A stretch of 64,000 bases of DNA from Emiliania huxleyi CCMP1516. Its lineage: Eukaryota. The DNA lies in the NCBI RefSeq assembly GCF_000372725.1, contig NW_005201984.1:248001-312000 (forward strand), read 5' to 3'. A program made the translations under genes and the position numbers. Shown one piece after another: positions 57,600 through 64,000 of this stretch; within the stretch, counting starts at the first letter, position 1; each line of letters opens with the position of its first letter. The notes under the pieces are model-generated. The model had not been told where the DNA came from. It saw only the letters and a program-made list of their open reading frames with translations, and ran no database searches.

Positions 57600-59345
57600 T
57601 CACCCGCAAGCTACGCCGTGGCCTTTCCGAGGGCGGTGCAACGGGGTCATCCGCTGCCACATGTTTGCAGTGGGATCGTACCCCTCGACCGAATCGAGGA
57701 CGGCGCCAGTTTTGTCCTCGCCGCCCACAGCGTACAGCTTGCCACCGAACACAGCCATGCCGTGCCCGTCCCGGGCGATCGACATCGGCGCCACCGCCTC
57801 CCATGTATTTGTGGCCGGGTCGTAGCGCTCCACCGAGCTTAGATCTTCGTCCTCGGGGCCACCGAACCCACCCACCGCGTACAGCTTGCCGCGGAGCACC
57901 GCAACGGCGAGCTCGCTCCGTTGCGATGCCATCGGCGCCACCTCCTCCCATGCATCGACCGCCGGGTCGTACCGCTCGACCGAGCGTAGGTAATCGCCGT
58001 CATCGCGCTGACCACCCAACGCGTACAGCTTGCCGTCCAGCACAGTAACGCCCAGACGAGACCGCGCCGTTGTCATCGGCGCCACCGCCTCCCACGCATT
58101 CGCAGCCAGATCGTACCGCTCGACCGACCCAAGCGTCTCGCCGCCACTCCCCTCACCACACACGGCATACAGCTTGCCATCAAGTACCGCCGCGCCGTGA
58201 AAGCTCCGCGCCTCCATCATCGGCGCCATCGCCTCCCACCCCATCGCCACCGGATTGTACCTCTCCACCGACTCAAGGACCGAGGCGTGGCCGCCTGCCG
58301 GCCCGCCGCTGCCGTACCCGCCCACCGCGTACAACTTGCCGTCGACCGTCACCGCGACGGTGCTGGCCCGCCCTGTCGCCATTGCCGGCAACTTCTCCCA
58401 CGCACCGCCCAGTCCAAAGACTTCTGCGCTGCAAAGGCGAGACTTCCCATCCCTGCCGCCCCTGCCGCCCACCACGTACAACTTCATCATGCCAGAGCGC
58501 GTCCGCGGTGGTTTGGAGTTCATGTAAGATCCAGGTGCCTCCAGGAGCATCCGGTTTCCCGCCCGCGTATCGAGCAGCGGCTCGGCCTTGACCTCACGGA
58601 GCAAAGCCGGCGGCAGCAACGCAAACCGCACCCTCGCCAGCAGCTCCGCCACCTCCGTCTCGCTGAGCGGGGGATCGCGCGCTTTCACCCACGCCACGCC
58701 GGCGCGGTACACCTCCTCCTCGCTCGCGTGGAGCCCATCGTCCTCCAGCAGCGAGCGAACGATCCACGCTGGCGCCGACGCCCATGCCTCGTCGCTCGCG
58801 ACCTCGCCAAAGTTTACTCTCGCCACCCAGGCTGACGCCTCTGCGAGCCGCGGCAGCCGCCCGATCGCCTCTGCAAGCTGCCAGACGGCGAGGGCGTTTT
58901 TTGCGGAGAGGCGCGCCTCGTACGCCTCCGACGCTGAGACCAGTAGCTCGTCCATCTGCAAGTACGATGCGCCCTCAACCAACTCGGAAAGCGCCGCCTC
59001 ATCCGCCACCTCCGCCTCGCCGGTGTACGCAAACTCGAGGCAGGCGTGGAGGCAAGCGGGAGAGAGGGCAGAGAGATCGTGCGAACCGCTTCCCGACCAC
59101 GTGCCCGAGAAGAGCGCCTTAAAGTATTGGCTCACTCCGACCAGGATGATTCTGTGTGCCCGCACGGCTGGCCCGTAGGCTGGCTGAAGCTCGACGTCGC
59201 AGAGGTCGCCGTCACGGAACTTTTGAATGACCTCCGGGCGCTGCGGAAGGAGCCCGGCTCCGACGTGCACGGGTCTGTCACGCGTCGACGCGGAGGAGTC
59301 GGCGGCCGACGATCGCGCACGCTTGCGAGACATGTGCATTGACAT
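57600..59345 (-). CDS. BTB-BACK-Kelch (KLHL-like) protein, intronless
   Basis: DLCDVEL...AHRIILVGVSQYFKALF (BTB), SEEEVYRAGVAWV...VRFALL (BACK), and about 6 GKLYAVGG...SVERYDP...WE.VAPM repeats. Confidence 0.95.
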   Translation of the reverse strand: MSMHMSRKRARSSAADSSASTRDRPVHVGAGLLPQRPEVIQKFRDGDLCDVELQPAYGPAVRAHRIILVGVSQYFKALFSGTWSGSGSHDLSALSPACLHACLEFAYTGEAEVADEAALSELVEGASYLQMDELLVSASEAYEARLSAKNALAVWQLAEAIGRLPRLAEASAWVARVNFGEVASDEAWASAPAWIVRSLLEDDGLHASEEEVYRAGVAWVKARDPPLSETEVAELLARVRFALLPPALLREVKAEPLLDTRAGNRMLLEAPGSYMNSKPPRTRSGMMKLYVVGGRGGRDGKSRLCSAEVFGLGGAWEKLPAMATGRASTVAVTVDGKLYAVGGYGSGGPAGGHASVLESVERYNPVAMGWEAMAPMMEARSFHGAAVLDGKLYAVCGEGSGGETLGSVERYDLAANAWEAVAPMTTARSRLGVTVLDGKLYALGGQRDDGDYLRSVERYDPAVDAWEEVAPMASQRSELAVAVLRGKLYAVGGFGGPEDEDLSSVERYDPATNTWEAVAPMSIARDGHGMAVFGGKLYAVGGEDKTGAVLDSVEGYDPTANMWQRMTPLHRPRKGHGVACG

Positions 59346-59377
59346 GCAATGAAAAAGGCCGGGGTATGTCCGGGGGA

Positions 59378-59667
59378 CCCACACCTTCCCCTTATCGAAC
59401 CCCAACTCATTACGAGCTCCCAAAGGAGGAAAGGGTTCCGCTAAGGAAAGGTGCTCCCGTCTCCTGGAGCGCTGGAGGTTGACCCTTATCTACCCTTGAG
59501 AGCCCTCCTAAAAATCTCTCTCACACATCTCTCTCTCACACACATCTCTCTCACACATTACACCCTCCTGAGGGTGAAAAAGAAAACACGCTAGCGACTC
59601 GTGGAGATAGATAGATAGATAGATATTATATATAGAGAGAGAGAAGGTCTGCTGGAAGTGAAAAAAC
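59378..59667 (+). repeat. Dispersed ~300-350 bp repeat, copy 1
   Basis: CCTTCCCCTTATCGAACCCCAACTC...CCCTCCTGAGGGTGAAAAAGAAAACACG...GAAGGTCTGCTGGAAG, shared with 61156-61499. Confidence 0.85.
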
Positions 59668-59787
59668 ACTCCCGCCGCCTCGCCGCTACCTCGCCCGCTC
59701 GCGCCCGACTTTCTACCTCCTCGTGATCCAACCCGCCACCCCCCTCGCCCCTCACCCTCCCGCCGCCTCGCCGCTACCTCGCCCGCT

Positions 59788-60691
59788 CTGAGGGAGGGTG
59801 TAGAGTATGTAGAGTGTAGAGCGCTGTAGAGATGTAGAGATGTAGAGCGCTCTGGAGCGCTGTGTAGAGCTGTAGAGCTCTACATCCGGCGCGTGTGACG
59901 ATGTGAGTCCGATGTAGAGCGATGTAGAGCGCGATTTTGCTGTAGAGTTTGTTGTAGAGGCTCTACAGCCAAACCGCTGGGAAGGCAGTGACTCAAAGAG
60001 GTCGAGCCGCGCTAGTGGGGTGTCTCCGAGCTTACTGGAGCTCTGATGGACGGCCCTGACTATCCCTGACACACAGATAGTCACTCTGACGGCACACAAC
60101 ACCCTATAACTGCGTCATGACCAGCCTGCCATGCGTCGCCGGTGCCGCATTCGTCGCAGTGCTTCTTTAGCAGGCGGTGGACTGTCGGCTGCGAGGACGG
60201 TCGCATTTGCGCGAAGCGAGGCGAGCATTGCTGCGCGTTGCATGCCCATGCGCCATGCCTCGCGCCAGCGCGTGCGGGAGCTCCTGGCTGAGCGTTGAGT
60301 CCAAGCGAGTTGCGCTGGCCACGATCGCTACGCCGAGCCGAGCTGACGCGCCGAGGGCGAGGCGCCGGCCAGTCGCAGCCGTGCGAGGCATGTCACAGCA
60401 GCAGAGGCACCTGCCACCCATTGGGCGGGCACGCAGACAGAAGCCAGAAGGCCAGGGCAGCACTGGCAAGTGCAACGCGCCTCATGTCGGAGAGCGACCG
60501 TGCCTCGTTCGCCGCTTATGGTGTAGAGTTTGTTGTAGAGATTTCACGTTGTAGAGCGCCTCTACATCGCTCTACATCGGACTCACATCGTCACGCGCCG
60601 GATGTAGAGCTCTACAGCCCAGTCTACAGCGCTCTCCAGCTCTACAGCTCTCCAGCGCTCTACACTCTACATCCTCTACACCCTCCCTCAG
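59788..60691. mobile_element. Non-autonomous DNA transposon with ~145-bp imperfect TIRs and 8-bp TSD
   Basis: CTGAGGGAGGGTGTAGAG... and ...CTCTACACCCTCCCTCAG. TSD CGCCCGCT at 59780-59787 and 60692-60699. TGTAGAG subterminal repeats. Inserted in a C-rich ~85-bp minisatellite (59669-59787, 60692-60850). Confidence 0.9.
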
Positions 60692-61155
60692 CGCCCGCTC
60701 GCGCCCGACTTTCTACCTCCTCGTGATCCAACCCGCCACCCCCCTCGCCTCGTCAGCTCACCCTCCCGCCGCCTCGCCGATACCTCGCCCGCTCGCGCCC
60801 GACTTTCTACCTCCTCGTGATCCACCCCGCCACGTCACCCTCCCGCCGCCCCGCTGCTCGCTTGCCCGCTCTGCCCAGCCGACCGACGCCCCGCCATCCG
60901 TTGCCGTTATCCTGCCGCCGCTCCTTACTGTCCGCCGTGCCGTCGTTCTTTACCATACCGCGCCGCCTTTCCATACTTCCTGCTTCGACGGGGTTTGTGT
61001 TGAGGAGTGACTCGTGCCGCCGTGTGCCCCGTAGCGGCCTCGCTGGGCCAGAAAGTCGGCCCTGAGTGCCAGCAGCAGCCTCGGCGGCTCGGGTGGGTGC
61101 TAGTATGAGCCCGCTGAGGCGTAGTGCTCTTGCAGAGGCGGTTAGTGCGGGGGGC

Positions 61156-61378
61156 CACCTTCCCCTTATCGAACCCCAACTCACTACGAGCTCCCAAAGG
61201 AGGGCAAAGGGTTCTCTAGGCCCCCTAAGGAAAGGTGCGACGGGCCGACGGCCCCCCGTCTCCTGGAGCGCTGGAGGTTGACCCTTATCTACCCTTGATC
61301 GCCCTCCTACACACATCTCTCTCTCACACACACATCACACCCTCCTGAGGGTGAAAAAGAAAACACGCAGGCGACTCG

Positions 61379-61465
<87 letters not shown>

Positions 61466-61499
61466 AGAGAGAAGGTCTGCTGGAAGAAGTAAAAAAACA
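61156..61499 (+). repeat. Dispersed repeat, copy 2, with long (GA)n
   Basis: Homologous to 59378-59667. (GA)n at about 61381-61461. Confidence 0.85.
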
Positions 61500-61842
61500 A
61501 ACTAACTGGTGCGGCGTGGCGTGTGCGTGTGTGCGACTGCAACGAAGGACCGCTCGCAAGGGACCATTGGGTTTGTATTATCTGATTGATTGATTGATTC
61601 TCTACAACGAGAGAGAGCCTAGAGAACATAACCCCCTCTCTCTTTTCTCCCAGTAAGCTATAAGTACGTACAACGAAGGCGCTCTCAAAAAAACAAACTC
61701 CTCGCGGACTCGTGGCGTGCAGCCCCAGGTCCTGCTCGCTTCCTCTGTCTAGCTCTCTCGCCACTCCACCGCCCGCCCACGCGGCGAACCCCCCACGGTC
61801 GCCCACCCCCGCGTCCCGCCCCCGCCTCTCGTGCAGACAGCC

Positions 61843-62298
61843 ATGGCCCCCAAGGAGGCTGCCGCGCCCGCGGAGAACACGGCGCTCAAGCTCGGCCTCC
61901 AGGCAAAGGAGGGCGAGATTGTCATGGCGGTGTGCCACATCTACGCGTCGTTCAACGACACGTTCGTGCACGTGACTGACCCCTCGGGCCGCGAGACCAT
62001 CTCCAAGGTCACCGGCGGCATGAAGGTCAAGGCGGACCGCGACGAGGCGTCGCCGTACGCTGCTATGCTTGCCGCGCAGGACGTCGCCGCGAAGTGCAAG
62101 GAGCTCGGCATCGGCGGCCTGCACATCAAGATGCGGGCGACCGGCGGCAACCGCACCAAGACGCCCGGCCCGGGCGCCCAGTCTGCCCTCCGTGCCCTCG
62201 CGCGCGCTGGCATCAAGATTGGCCGCATCGAGGACGTGACGCCGATCCCCTCCGACTCGACGCGTCGCGCGTCGGGCCGCCGTGGCCGCCGCTTGTAG
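61843..62298 (+). CDS. RPS14: 40S ribosomal protein S14 (uS11)
   Basis: [21 protein letters not shown]...[24 protein letters not shown]...[23 protein letters not shown]. Confidence 0.99.
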   Translation: MAPKEAAAPAENTALKLGLQAKEGEIVMAVCHIYASFNDTFVHVTDPSGRETISKVTGGMKVKADRDEASPYAAMLAAQDVAAKCKELGIGGLHIKMRATGGNRTKTPGPGAQSALRALARAGIKIGRIEDVTPIPSDSTRRASGRRGRRL

Positions 62299-62770
62299 AG
62301 AGGCACCCCGCCTGCTGCGTGGTGTGCGAAGATTGCACCGGAGGCCCTCCGGTGCCCGACCGCACTGCCACCGGGGCTCGGCGACTGGCGGCCTTGCCGC
62401 CGGAACCCCAGCCCCCGACCCGCTGGCGCACGTTAGCCGCCCCCCCCCCCCATTCCGTGTGTGCCGACGGGGGCTAGCTAGCGCCAGAGAGCTTGTACGA
62501 CAGACATGTTTACCGTCTTCCCCGAGACCAAAAGGGCCGGGCCCCAGCGCGCAGCTTGGGCCCGTCGGGGCGCGGGACCCAACACCGCGCGCGGCCCGAG
62601 AAAACGGGGCCTGCTCCTGCGCTCCTGCGCGCCGCTGATCCTAGCGCTGATCACGCATAAACACTTGCATGGTGTATCACTGACACTGTTCATGCTTCAT
62701 CACACGCGCTCGGAGATTACCCCCCCCCCTCCCCTCCCATCCACACACACGCACACACCTCTGATTCGCC

Positions 62771-63379
62771 TCACCCGCCGCTCTCGCTTGGCGCCTCGGA
62801 CGCCTCAGCGCGCGCGCGCGCCTTGTCGGCCGCCCTCCTCTGCTTGCTTGCCCTCACTGCGTCGCGGATGCGCTGCGCCTGGTCCTCGCTGATGCCGTCG
62901 AGGGGCGCGACTGACCGCTCTGCCTCTCGCTCTGGCGCTGGCGCCGGCGGTGCGGCCTCGGCGGCGGCGCGCTGGGCGTCGGAGGCGGTCTCGACTCGCA
63001 AGTCGGAGACGGGCTTGCCGCGCTGCTGCATCGCCTCCTTGAGGTTGCGAAAGTCGTCCTCGATCCAGTTGAGGTTGTCGGCGACGAGGTGGTTGACGCC
63101 GCAGCCGGGGCAGGTCACAATCACAGTGCCCTCGCCGTACGCGAGCCGCGAGATCTGGTGTGTGTTCCGAGTGTCGCACTTGTTACAAGTGAACTGGAGC
63201 TCGAAGCGGTCCGTCTTAGCCTTGGGCTTCTTCTGTGGCCGTGACGGCGGTGCCGGCGGCGACTCACCAAACCCACGCGCAAGCAGCACCGCAGCGTGAG
63301 CCCGCGGCGCGGCCGCAGGAGCGGGCAGGAGCGGGCGGAGCGCAAACGCGCACCCCTGAGCGAGGAAGAAGAGCAGCAT
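62771..63379 (-). CDS. DNL-type zinc finger protein (Zim17/Hep1-like Hsp70 escort), probably organelle-targeted
   Basis: FTCNKCDTR...AYGEGTVIVTCPGCGVNHLVADNL. Signal/transit-like N-terminus. Confidence 0.92.
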   Translation of the reverse strand: MLLFFLAQGCAFALRPLLPAPAAAPRAHAAVLLARGFGESPPAPPSRPQKKPKAKTDRFELQFTCNKCDTRNTHQISRLAYGEGTVIVTCPGCGVNHLVADNLNWIEDDFRNLKEAMQQRGKPVSDLRVETASDAQRAAAEAAPPAPAPEREAERSVAPLDGISEDQAQRIRDAVRASKQRRAADKARARAEASEAPSESGG

Positions 63380-63644
63380 GTGCGTACCGTCCACCGGCGA
63401 CCTGGTTTCTTTCGGAGGCCGCATTATTTCTTTTCTCTTCACAACCCTCACTGCTGGCGGTCTGCCCAAGGCCCACTTGCAGGACCGTAGAGATAGCTGC
63501 ACGCCTCCTCCACTATTCAAACCGAATCCTCGCCCTACGCTCGCTCTGGCATGTGTGTGGCACGCGGCCACTCGCTGTCGCCCGCTCTCGTCACCCTGCT
63601 ACGTCAGTCTGCTGCAGAGGCAGATGCGCGGCACGTCCCCGCTG

Positions 63645-64000
63645 ATGAAAGCTGTGCACCTCTGCAGGCGCGCCGTCTTCGGATGGCGGCGCCTTCGTCA
63701 GCAGCACCGCGTCGTGAGCACTAGTCGCCCGCGCCCTCCTCCCGCGCGCTGTTGCTCTCCTCACGCCCGCTCTCTGCGACGTTGCAGCTCAGCTGGGGTC
63801 GGCGGCCGGCTCTTATGACCAGATGCCGGCCAACTCGCTGCTGTGCGCGTACCTGGAGGAGGACGCGCGGCGTAATTTTGTGGACTCGGCGGCGGAGGTG
63901 AAGGTGCGGCGCAACGAGGTGATCATGCGTCAGGGTGCGCTGCGCTCCCGCCGCCCGCCCGCTGGCAACGCGGCTCCGCGAGGCTGAGGGCACGCGCGGG
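63645..64000 (+). CDS. Partial gene with the start of a cyclic-nucleotide-binding domain
   Basis: Exon at about 63823-63933: MPANSLLCAYLEEDARRNFVDSAAEVKVRRNEVIMRQG (cf. .e.IirQGd). Runs off the end of the window. Confidence 0.45.

Noticed and set aside
1..64000. tRNA, rRNA or snRNA genes
   Set aside because: None recognised by eye; tRNAscan-SE or Infernal would be needed to exclude them.

Overview
Eukaryotic, very GC-rich nuclear DNA. Short GC-AG introns, 10-13 bp intronic tandem repeats (e.g. CCGAGATCTAG) and signal-peptide-bearing algal proteins suggest a haptophyte such as Emiliania/Gephyrocapsa huxleyi (inference). About 20 mostly intron-split genes are recognisable: GT23 fucosyltransferase-like, DUF760, VWD-like, WD40, PLAC8, glucokinase, class-3 lipase, WW+FHA, At1g16080-like, SAP, TPT transporter, TPR-DnaJ, BTB-BACK-Kelch, RPS14, DNL zinc finger and a partial cNMP-binding gene. 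They are interleaved with many transposons: a small recent LTR element with an inverted gag segment, a deleted copia element, TIR/MITE elements, and many 5'-truncated non-LTR insertions with (TTTC)n/(TTTA)n tails and 11-15 bp TSDs. Three observations stand out. (1) A Venus-flytrap (ANF-receptor) ectodomain - single TM - TIR - TIR-like receptor that keeps the TIR catalytic Glu. (2) Many intron 5' ends repeat the start of the next exon, suggesting intron birth by insertion with target duplication. (3) T-tailed LINE families that re-insert repeatedly at one site within their own tails. All calls come from reading motifs by eye; no searches were run, and exon boundaries are manual estimates.
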